DNA from: Chrysomallon squamiferum
Taxonomy: Eukaryota; Animalia; Mollusca
Direction: 5' to 3'
DNA length: 64,000 nucleotides
Assembly (NCBI GenBank): GCA_012295275.1
Contig: CM022670.1
Location: 4,154,001-4,218,000, forward strand
This document shows positions 39,627 through 51,061 of the stretch, piece after piece; the stretch's first letter is position 1; each line of letters starts with the position of its first letter. The position numbers were made by a program, and so were the translations under genes. The notes under the pieces were generated by a model. The model was not told the origin of the DNA, searched no databases, and saw only the letters and a program-made list of their open reading frames with translations.

Positions 39627-40800
39627 CTCTTCGAGGTAAAGACGTTTCACAACAATCTGGCGACCTTCCGCAGTGGCGCACTTCAGTCTGTAGTCACACA
39701 CCGGTATTAACCAGTTACCACACACACACGATATTAAAGCACTGAAAACAAAACAAGTAAACTGCAGAAAATACACTTTTAAGAAGATTATGTATTAGAG
39801 TTTCGTTTTCTTATGCCATAATAGTCTTATTGTCACTATATCTATATACCTATAGGGCCTGTGTCACGCATCACATGGGTGATGACTCGGTTTGCGTCTC
39901 AGCAGGTGAATGATTGATGATGATTGTTTTGTATTCGCTGAGTAGAGTATTTTGATTAATATGATGAATTTCGGTGTTGGGACGTAGGATCTCGTGTCTT
40001 TATTTTCGCAATCATCAATTCCTATACCCTGTTTAGCCGCATTCTGCTGAAAATATCGGTGCCTTTAGTAAGCATTTTATTACATAACTTGACAAAATAT
40101 ACTGTATCATTTAAAAGAGCATTTTTCATGGTTTATGAATAGAATCAGTTGTGCGGAAATAAAATAGTCAGTACTTGGTCTTATTCGAATAATTATAATG
40201 TTGATGACACCATTAGGCAAAACGTAAACACACACACACACAAACGTTATATAAAATGGAAACTTGAAGGAATACGTCTTCGGATGAAATTTCGTATTCC
40301 TCAAGTTAACGAAGCGCTTACCTTCTGTCCGGCGCATGAAGTCGACAGCTGTGGATTTCGCTTTGATAATGCGCTGGGACAGTCTTGCCACTGGAATTTC
40401 CCAATCATCGCTTGACAGATCAAGTGGTTCATCACGCGGCGGTATTCTCGGGGTACGAAAACGTGGCAGAATTGTGCAACCGAATTTCAGCACGGTGTTT
40501 TAGAAAACAAATTCTGGCATATTCTAAGAAAAAGACTATTTATATTTCCAAAATTATGAGATTCAATAGAATTAATTTGATTCATAAACCATGACCTGAA
40601 TAATGTTGTAACCGTCAGGTTTCGTTATTTAATTACACACGCTTTAAATGTATTGATTATGTCAGTAGAACGCGGCTGCGCAGGGTACAGCACAGTTTCA
40701 CATTCCCAGTATAGCTGAGTAAACACCAGGCCCAATGACTCTTAGTAACAGACCGAACCGGACCCGAGAGGAATTTTCTCGAGTTAGTAAATCAGTAACC
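39627..40800 (-). ncRNA. Candidate spliced divergent transcript (lncRNA or short-ORF gene)
   Basis: Chain of minus-strand GT-AG introns at 40595-40524, 40321-40047 and 39849-39742, separating CpG-rich exon-like blocks; no recognisable protein. Confidence 0.3.
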
Positions 40801-41258
40801 AATCATTCACTCTTATTTTTATTACAGTCCAAAGGATTATATTAAAGAATTTATATTTAAAGAATTCTAGGATTTTGTTCGTGCTAAAAGAATGAAATTA
40901 TAATCAAAGTCCTTTTCGTTTTGCAGTAATTAACTAAAGACTAATAATGACAAAAGTTGTATATCGGTATGTGTTGTAAACCATTTAAAAAAAAAAAAAA
41001 AAAAAAGAAGAACAATAACTCCTCCCCATTTTCAAAAGTGTTTTGTTTAACTGCACCTTGAGAGGTTAAACCCAAAATATGTTTAAACATATAAACCAGC
41101 ATTACCTAATGAATGTGGATGAAAAATAAAATTTAAAACCAAGTATGAAAGAGATTCCCCCGAACTAAAAAAAAAAAAAAAAAAAAAAAAAAGAAAGAAA
41201 AAAGAAAAGACATTGAATTTCCATTCATAAATAAAAAGTTTTCAGTCTGTTGCGCTCT

Positions 41259-41314
41259 GATTGCGTCATCAAGACCGAGGTAAATATTGTTCGTTTCCTT
41301 TTATCTGATGCATT
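41259..41314. promoter_or_regulatory. Candidate C/EBP-ATF composite (ATF4/AARE-like) sites upstream of the SLC7 gene
   Basis: ATTGCGTCA at 41260-41268 (TGACGCAAT on minus) and TGATGCATT at 41306-41314, ~300-345 bp before the ATG in a CpG-rich region. Confidence 0.4.
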
Positions 41315-41604
41315 CAGACCTTGGCCAGGCTATACCCTGATTCGGGGTTGACGTTCGTTCGCACGATGATTTAGTGACAGATAAATTCCACCTGTTGATT
41401 ACTGCTTGGAAATTTAAACATCTGTTTATCGAAAGACACTACGTGATCTGTCTGAAGATGTTAGACGACTTAATATGCCAAGAATATTACGACAATGCAG
41501 TTTGGAAGGCTTAATATTTAGGCAAAATAATCAGATTTTTAGTTGTAAAAACTGAAATTTTTTTTTATAATAAATAGATGTAAAGATCGTATGTGAATTG
41601 AAAA

Positions 41605-42300
41605 ATGACTTCAGGAAAATCAGTCAACAAAAGTTTAAAAATTCCAAAGAAGATCGAACTGAAAAAACAAATAACGTTATTTCAGTGCGTATCGATTATC
41701 GTAGGAATCATTATCGGTTCTGGAATCTTCGTATCGCCCGTGGGTATCTTGTACCACGTCCGTTCGGTGGGGATGTCCTGCGTCATGTGGGCCGTGTGCG
41801 GTTTGTATTCCGCCCTGTGCGCACTCTGTTTTGCTGAACTCGGCGCGTGCATACCCGAGTCTGGAGGCGAGTACGTCTACATCAACCGTGCATTCGGCGA
41901 CGTCCCTGCCTTCCTCTGCTGCTGGGTGAACTTCATCATAGTGTGTCCAGTAGGCGTGGCAGCGTCCTGTCTTGTGTTTGCAACCTACGTTCTCAGACCC
42001 GTGTTTCCTGACTGCGATCCTCCTCCTGAAGCTATAAGACTTTTGGCTGCTTTAGTTATATGTAAGTCGTCACTACGCTGTTAGTACTACTACTGCTGTT
42101 ACTATTGCTGCTCCTTTTCCTTCTTCTACTATCACTACCACTGCTGCTACTATATTACTGCTACTACTACTACTACTATACTACTATTCTTCAACAAATT
42201 ATTACTACTATTCTGTTACCACTATTATATTCTTGACAAAGAAAAATTCTGTTTTCCTTTAGTATTTTCCTTTGTTTCTACATGCATATATACATGAGAG

Positions 42301-42398
<98 letters not shown>

Positions 42399-43022
42399 TA
42401 CTCATATGTATTATTAAAAATATGTTCTACAGCTAAATAATTAAACTGACAAGTTTGGCACAATATGATAAAATAATTTATTCGGCTACAACAACAATGT
42501 ATTTTCACAGATCATTTGGTTACCTTGATAATGAATATATATCACTGAATATGTATGCATACACGTAGACATGCATGTGTTCTCACGCACACACAAAAAC
42601 ACCCGCACACCTACATAGGCACATAAAAAAACATTAACATTTTGCTATGTAAATTTTCTATTTAATATTGCTAAACTTGAGATGCTTTGCCGTATTTTAT
42701 TTCTCAGTCAACAAGCTTTTTAAACGAAAGTAACTAGACTGTTTGAAATGAGGCAAAACCTTAATCGCCGAGAGGAGCGGGGCAAAATAAGTCAGTTATG
42801 TTTTTCATCGCAACGATGTCGGTAGACTTCAAACGGTAACCGTAGATATAAACGAATTCATTCAGTGGATATCATTTCTATCAGAATAGAGATTTATATT
42901 TTATAGTTTTTATATAAAATCTTTGTTTAATTTTTTTTTTTTTTTTTTAAACTACATATAATTTTTTTTAAATTTCAATTTCGGTAAGAGGCATTTACAT
43001 CACTTGCCTCAATGTAGTTACG

Positions 43023-43067
<45 letters not shown>

Positions 43068-44358
43068 GACTAAATTTAAATATTATGACATTAATATGAT
43101 CGTTTTATGGTTAACAAAAGTCTTTATAGACCATAAATTTAAATGTAAAAGAATATGTAATAACTATATCGTAGACATGATCACCTATAAAATTCAGTTC
43201 AAAATAATAAACTGTATAGATATTAAAATATTAGGATTAAATGTATAAACGGAGATGGTTAGGCTGAAAAAAAAATGCTGATTCAGGTTGTAAAACTGCT
43301 GATTCAGGCGAGGAAAACTTTATCTCGAAGCGGCTCAACATCGGAAGGGAAATTAGGCTGGACATTTAGAAAGTCACATTCTGCCCATCACTGTTTTAAA
43401 TAATAGAATGAGTTTATCATATTCATCAGCTTGGTCGCTAGTCTCTGTATACCGCATACATGTACCTTACAGACAATGATACCTACACCGCCGTGTCTTC
43501 ACACAAATACTGACTGACAAATGAAAGACATATTTTTCTATTTAGACGCATGAAAACAAATTATAACATTCATTTTTTTATATGCACACGAACACTAATA
43601 TACAGACATCGCAATACATTCACTCACACATATACTCTAAAACATAATCGTAGTCTCACACACGCACACATATGTATGCACGTTCATTAGCGCCATCTTC
43701 GTTTTTTTTTTTAATTTTTTTTTACCATATTAGTAGTTATATTAAAGGTAATCACGAATTACTTTGCTTCGAACTTTTGTAGGTGTGTTTTTCATTTCCG
43801 CACTAGAGTCAGACAGCAACAAATACCTTCCCTGACCACCATGAACAAAACACTTAGACGTGCATACGAACAAACACATAAAAATGTGCATACGAATTAA
43901 CATATAAAACGTGCATTCGGACCAACACGTAAAAACGTACATTCAAACACATAAAAACGTCCGTAGAAATAAACACATAAAAACGTACATACGAACCAAC
44001 ACATACAAACTTGCACACTATCAAACACAGAAAAACGTACGTACGAACAAATACATAAAAACGTACATACAAATAAACTCATTAAAACGCACAAACGAAT
44101 AAACACATATAAAGGTACCCACAACGCACCAACTGCGAATAAGAATGAAAGCTTGCTCGAAATCCCGTTTCTTTATCGGTCGTAAAGAAAATTAACCAAA
44201 TATTTTCTTCTATTTCAGCGCTGTTGATCTCATTAAACTGTATCAATGTTAAATGGGCCACCAAAGTTCAGATAGTGATAACTGGAAGTAAACTAATCGC
44301 GCTGTGTATCATCATCTCTACAGGAGTTGTTTGGTTAGCTAATGGTAATACTAATAAC

Positions 44359-44404
<46 letters not shown>

Positions 44405-44511
44405 CACATTCACGCACATATATATATATATATATAAATAAATAAACACACATACACATTTTTTAAAAAGGGTAGGAGAAATTTCTTTTTTAGCCATTTA
44501 AAAATATTTTA

Positions 44512-44542
<31 letters not shown>

Positions 44543-44633
44543 TAGACATACAGACAAACACACATATGTATCTATCTCTATCTCTCTCTCTCTATATATA
44601 TATATATCTCTCTCTCTCTCACACACATATATA

Positions 44634-44671
<38 letters not shown>

Positions 44672-45026
44672 CACATATACGAACGATTGTTTAAAGATTC
44701 TTCCATGCTGTAATTTTCAGGACATGTAGAACATTTTCAGTCTTCATTTGAAGGAAGTGACTTCAGTGCCAGTGCAGTGGCCATTGCGTTTTATTCTGGA
44801 TTCTGGGCTTTTGGAGGATGGTGAGTTGATGCATACACACACATACCCGCACATTATTAACGCGTTGTTTTAATATGTATAGATTAAGAGAAGATTAACT
44901 GTATATAAATATTACTATTATCTGTGTTATTTGTAAGATAACTGAATCTGGTTGTCTTTAAATACATCTTTTCTTTACTGATTAGTAATGCATCATAACA
45001 TACATTCAATTTGGGAAGCCGATTTA

Positions 45027-45113
<87 letters not shown>

Positions 45114-45813
45114 CACTATTATTTTATTACTGTTGTTGCTATTATTGATGAAACTACTGCTATGATGACGTCATCGTCGTCGAAATTATACAATAATATT
45201 TACATTTTGTTTCAGGAGCTACTTGAATTTTTTAGCAGACGAAGTGGTTGATCCTCACAGGTAAGCCGAAGAGTCTGGCTTGACTCAAACCTCCATCGTC
45301 TAGCTGATCTTCCTCTACTCATGAATATGTCTTTTCAATCAGGGGTTCGCAAACTTTCTGATCTGGCAGTATGGCCGCACAAATTTCACTGTGATTACGT
45401 AATATCTGAACGCGCAACGTATGTAATTTGAACCTCTGTGACTTAAAATGCTGCATATAAATAATGGATTCGACATCATTTCTCTATGATTCCCATTAAA
45501 GTCAAAATAAAACAGTTATTAATTTTATTTATTACATTTATTAAATAACAACTTTAAAACTGTCAGATCAAAAAATGAATACTGGACGCCTTGTTGTGTA
45601 CGGCATCTGACGGTCATAGGAAACTGATGGAGTAAAAGTGTTTATAATGACATGCAGGCCTCGTTATATTTCAAATGAGACGTTAAATGTGATGAGGCGA
45701 CATCCTTCTCACGGCCGCAGGTTGCGCACCCCTGTTTTAAATAAATCCAGTATTCTTTATAATTACAATAACAGCTTTTTATTATTATTATTATTTTGAT
45801 TTACTTTTATTAT

Positions 45814-45866
<53 letters not shown>

Positions 45867-48800
45867 ATTTTGATATGAGCTGCATTTGGTTTCAGAAATC
45901 TTCCAAAGGCGATAATTATTTCCATGGTAATTGTGACGTCAGTTTACATCACCACAAACATCGCGTATTTCGCTGTCCTGACTCCGGCAGAAGTGTTAAA
46001 ATCATCAGCAGTAGCTGTTGTAAGTTTTATCTCAACTTTATACATGTAAAACATCGACTTTATTAATCACATATGTGTTAAAATCATCAGCAGTAGCTGT
46101 TGTAAGTTTTATCTCAACTTTATACATGTAAAACATCGACTTTACCTATCAGATATGTGTTAAAATCATCAGCAGTAGCTGTTGTAAGTTTTATCTCAAC
46201 TTTATACATGTAAAACATCGACTTTATTAATCACATATGTGTTAAAATCATCAGCAGTAGCTGTTGTAAGTTTTATCTCAACTTTAACATGTAAAACATC
46301 GACTTTACCTATCAGATATGTGTTAAAATCATCAGCAGTAGCTGTTGTAAGTTTTATCTCAACTTTATACATGTAAAACATCGACTTTATTAATCAGACG
46401 TGTTAAAATCATCAGCAGTAGCTGTTGTAAGTTTTATCTCAACTTTATACATGTAAAACATCGACTTTACCTATCAGATATGTGTTAAAATCATCAGCAG
46501 TAGCTGTTGTAAGTTTTATCTCAACTTTATACATGTAAAACATCGACTTTATTAATCAGAAGTGTTAAAATCATCAGCAGTAGCTGTTGTAAGTTTTATC
46601 TCAACTTTATACATGTAAAACATCGACTTTATTAATCACATATGTGTTAAAATCATCAGCAGTTGCAGTTGTAAGTTTTATTTCAACTTTATACATGTAA
46701 AACATCAACTTTATCAATCAGACGTGTTAAAATCATCAGCAGTGACAATTGCAAGTTTCAACTCAGCTTTATACACGTAAAAACATCGACTTTATCAGCC
46801 AGGTACGAGTCTACAGAAACTGAATGTTCGAACAAGTCTGTATCATTAGCAGAACATCCATAACTATAACAAAAATAAGAAAAATAAGAAGAAGAAAAAA
46901 AAAAATTAATAATAAACTAATTTATACGCACATTTGTATTATATATTTTTCTCCAGACTTTCAGTCAACAGACACTCTCTGTACTGCAGTATATAATGCC
47001 TGTCCTCATAGCCGCCTCAGTGATTGGAGGAATTAACGGAAGTTGTCTTTCCATGTCTAGGTGAGTATCGAGTCCAGATTTAGGGGTAATGGGTCACCTT
47101 AGCAACAGTCAGAAATAGTTCACGTTCTTATTGCTAAGTTCTGTTAACAAGTGCCAAACAGATCCTTTTCGTTTTCATAAAAATTCGATATATCTAATCA
47201 TAACATCAGTTGTTTAAATTATTATTTCGAAAAGAAGAAAATGGCGTATGATATATTTAATATATTTAATTTTATATAATAATAATAATAATAATAATAG
47301 AATAAAAATAAAAAATATATATAAATATATATATATATATAAAATATAAAATAAAATAAAATAAATAAAATTCTAGTTTATATAATCGTTAAGTGTAATC
47401 ATTTGCATGAAGTCTTTCTCTGTTTCTCTATTTATTTTGTCCTCATATATAATTATGTGTGTATGACGCCATAACTATATCTTAAAAAAAAAAAAATATA
47501 AAAATAAAAAATAAAAAAAAAAAAAAAAAAAAAGTTGGCCTCTTCAATCGACTTACAGAAAAAGAAAAAAAAAACGAATTTCTTCCTTTCGTTTTTGTTT
47601 TTTGTTTTTTTTCCCCCTGTAAGTCGATTTATTAAGCACAGATGTTCAGAATTTTAAAAGAATACAATTATGTGCGAACAAAAGATCGTAACTGACTTCT
47701 GAAATTCGGATCACAGTCTTTTTTAATCTTCTATTTTATTTCTGTTAAATTAACTTTCTTCTTTCAGGTTGTTCTACGTAGGAGCTAAAAACAGTCATCT
47801 CCCCTTCGTCGTTTCAATGATCACAAAAAACCAGTTGACTCCCGCACCGTCGCTCATTATTATAGTAAGAAACGTCTCTTTCATTTTCTGTAGGAATCTT
47901 ACTAGTGCTAGTATGAAATATCATGTATTTTTCCCAGAGATTTTTTCCATAATAAATTAGTATATAATAATTATTACAACGTCAACCACAATCTCTCCTT
48001 GTTTTACTGACAAACGTATATCTGAAGTCACAGCATAATATTAATTATTATTTAAAGCAAAATGCTTTTGTAACTCTTTTACTTAGTCGAGGGATGTATA
48101 ATTCAGTCTCTAAAATTAATAATGATGATAATAATACTGATGATGATGATGATGGTGATGATGATAAAGTAATAATATCTTATATTAATAATGGTTGTTA
48201 AAAAATCGCCGACCTGTTTTCCTTCATTTATTATTTCATTGATTCATTGTTTCATCCATTACGATTTATTTCATTATTTTCCACCTCTGTTCTCTTTTCA
48301 GATGATTCTTGTGCTTATAATGCAGAATTTTGAAAAAATCTTTTATCTCATAGAGATGATGGGTTTCAGTTTCGCCACTATTCTGACCACTGTCCTTGCT
48401 GGACAGATATATCTACGCTGGAAAGAACCGGATCTGCAACGACCTATGTTAAAAGAACCGGATCTGCATCGACCTATAAAGGTTAAATATTTCGATTATC
48501 ACCCTTGTTATAAAATGTTTTACATAATAATTATGTTTAATACACTGACATTTTAAAAGAAGATAATTAGGAAAAGGTATATAGCATTAGACATAGCTGC
48601 AAATTTAAACCAATGTCCACCTATATGACTGTTTGATTTGGAGTTGATTCCACGCGAAGACAAGCGGCATACGTCACTGCTATAATAGGAAAGTCAGTGC
48701 GAATTCAGTTTTAAACACATTTATATTTATTCATGTTTCTCATCTTTATATGTATAACAATGGGTATCCTTTAATCATATGATGATCATATTTATATTAT

Positions 48801-49518
48801 ACTTTAGAATGAGAATATTGTTTTCGAAATTATTTTACTTTCTTCTTACTATTATCTTTTATCTTACATCTCTATAAAGATTATTTATTATTACTACTTT
48901 TTTTTTTTTAAATTATTTTATTTGCAGCTTCATCTTTCTATTCCCATTTTCTTGCTTTTGGTAAGTGTTGCTTTGTGGATTCTTACTGTGTACCAGAAAC
49001 CTAACGAAAGTCTAATGACTATAGGAATCATGTGTCTAGGATTACCTGTCTACGTGTTTGGTGTCTACTGGAATAAACCAGCTGCATTAAGAAAAACAAT
49101 AGGTAGGCATACACACGTTGGGAGTTCTTTATCCGAATTTTTGTCAGAATAAGATTATAAGAAAAAAAAATCGAATTTCATTTATGTCATTATACGAACT
49201 GGTCTGTAGAATTGTTATTATTATTTTATTTTAATTTTTTTTTTTTTTTAATTTATCTATAATATTTTGGGCATAAAATAAAGTTTGTGTATGCAAAACA
49301 AACAGAAAAAATGGACGCTTTTACTGTTTCTGCTGCTTTTCGGATTTAGGAATTTAGGATAAGGGATGTTCAGCCTGTATTAAAACAAATGACAAATGGG
49401 CAGGTATACCTTTGCTGGATAGATGATTTTGAAAATTTATTATACTTAACCCTGAGTCAGATTAAGATATGACAACTTTTAAAATTTGGATAAATACAAA
49501 CATACATTCATGGACACA

Positions 49519-49554
<36 letters not shown>

Positions 49555-49713
49555 AAATTAATTTTAAAAATAGATCCCGTAAAAGGTTTTAAAAGAAGGC
49601 GATATGTTGGAATTTACACAAAGACTAATTTACTGTTATTTATTTCAACAGAGAAGTTCACGATTTCTGTACAGAAGCTGCTGCTTGTTGTTCCTGCAGA
49701 CAATGATATATGA
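41605..49713 (+). CDS. SLC7 family L-type amino acid transporter light chain (b(0,+)AT / y+LAT / xCT-like), 489 aa, 10 coding exons
   Basis: Exons 41605-42061, 44219-44344, 44721-44820, 45216-45260, 45896-46019, 46957-47060, 47768-47864, 48302-48481, 48928-49102, 49652-49713 total 1470 nt in frame. Motifs: VGIIIGSGIFVSP, ALCFAELG...SGGEY, RPVFPDCDPP (Cys for the SLC3 heavy-chain disulfide), AFGGWSYLNF..DEVVDPHRNLP, C-terminal QKLLLVVP. The specific vertebrate orthologue cannot be assigned by eye. Confidence 0.95.
42313..42395. repeat. (AG)n microsatellite
   Basis: Visible run. Confidence 0.95.
43855..44110. repeat. Degenerate ~26-bp minisatellite (AAAACGTACATACGAACAAACACATA-like)
   Basis: Recurring AAAACGT(A/G)CAT and ACACATA units; source of several overlapping spurious ORFs. 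Confidence 0.75.
45030..45111. repeat. (CT)n microsatellite
   Basis: Visible run. Confidence 0.95.
45340..45734. mobile_element. hAT (Charlie-like) MITE, 395 bp, in SLC7 intron 4
   Basis: TIRs CAGGGGTTCGCAA ... TTGCGCACCCCTG (12/13); 8-bp flanks TTTTCAAT / TTTTAAAT (7/8); subterminal GGCCGCA near both ends. Confidence 0.85.
45993..46797. repeat. Tandem array, 10 x 80-82 bp, containing the last 27 nt of SLC7 exon 5 plus its splice donor
   Basis: Units start at 45993, 46075, 46157, 46239, 46320, 46400, 46482, 46562, 46644, 46724. Confidence 0.97.
48422..48481 (+). repeat. In-frame 30-bp tandem duplication in SLC7 exon 8 (KEPDLQRPML KEPDLHRPIK)
   Basis: AAAGAACCGGATCTGCA(A/T)CGACCTAT occurs twice, period 30. 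Confidence 0.93.
49335..49377 (+). mobile_element. Probable right-end fragment of a Tigger/pogo-like DNA transposon
   Basis: TTTCGGATTTAGGAATTTAGGATAAGGGATGTTCAGCCTG followed by TA; resembles the GGATAAGGGAT..CAACCTG-TA terminus of Tigger/MER46-type elements (from memory); no left TIR seen. Confidence 0.45.
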
Positions 49714-50056
49714 TCGTGTGTCTTAGAGAGATTTTATGTGGTAAAACAGCACAAAACCATTTCAAGCCATGACTTCATGCGTCTGTTTTGAAATATTTTC
49801 GTGGCACAGACAGCTACGTTTAGGCTTCACGTATTTGGAAAGAAATGACATGAAGAAGAAAAGAACTTGAAGGCATTAAATATTTTAATTCAGCTGATAA
49901 ATTTATAATGCAAATATATTATATACTCATGTCAATTTTTTTTTTCTTATTTTTTAAAAATTATTATTTGTATTAGTACTACTACGACTACTACTACTGC
50001 TTTGCTACTACTACTATTATTATTATTGTTTTTGTTGTTATTGCTATTGCTATTGC

Positions 50057-50128
<72 letters not shown>

Positions 50129-50348
50129 ATAAATTTACTCCACGGGACAACTAAACATAAATGTAGAAACAAAAATATGTTAGTATGTTTGACTTTTCAC
50201 AGATACTGTCAGTTTACGTAACTGATAGTAGTTTATAGAGTGATGTGCTAAAAAGCTAAACAGTTCATTAGAAGAGAATGTAAATGCATGGAACATACAG
50301 ATACCACAGTAGAAACAGTTTAAGTTCACTAGTTTTCTATACATACAT

Positions 50349-50470
50349 AAACATTTTACATACATACGTTCAAAACAAACATACATACAAATATACAATC
50401 TACAATACGTGTGTGTAAACATTTTACATACATACGTTCAAAACAAACATACATACAAATATACAATCTG
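50349..50470. repeat. Direct duplication of ~53 bp, period 68, in the SLC7 3' region
   Basis: AAACATTTTACATACATACGTTCAAAACAAACATACATACAAATATACAATCT occurs twice. Confidence 0.85.
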
Positions 50471-50482
50471 CGTTTGTGTGTG

Positions 50483-50530
<48 letters not shown>

Positions 50531-50977
50531 TTTTTATCATCTATATAACCGTCTTCTTTTGGTATTACTTTCCTTTTCTTTTCTTTTTTCCATCTGTTGT
50601 CGGTCATTTATGCAATTATAAAGTGTATGCACAAAGTATAAAAATGTTTACCTCATAATGTAATTATGTAAGCAATACAGATTTTGTTCACGAAATAAAA
50701 ATATTAAAAATGTCGTTGATGCTCTATACTCGTTTATTTTCGTAATGGTGAATCTTTCTTACTGTGAAATAATTTCAAGCTTTCAAATATATTTACAGTA
50801 TTTGAAGAAGAAAAAAAAAAGTAGCTTGTTAAATCTTTGCCTTCTCGAATTTGCTGATTTCTGATTCAAATAAAATAATATTTCTAGAGGCAGTCCATTT
50901 TCAAGTAAGAACATGATCTAATTTGATAACGATAAACTGTCTGCACTGCATCCTATTTATTAAAATGTCCCTATACA

Positions 50978-50980
50978 AAA

Positions 50981-51059
<79 letters not shown>

Positions 51060-51061
51060 AT
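50978..51061. repeat. (TAAA)n microsatellite
   Basis: Visible run. Confidence 0.93.

Noticed and set aside
45993-46797. CRISPR-like array
   Set aside because: Units are full tandem copies with no unique spacers, the context is a eukaryotic intron, and no cas genes are present. The same applies to 14578-14998.
41605-49713. Assigning a specific symbol such as SLC7A9 or SLC7A11
   Set aside because: The features are shared across LAT paralogues; orthology needs a phylogeny.
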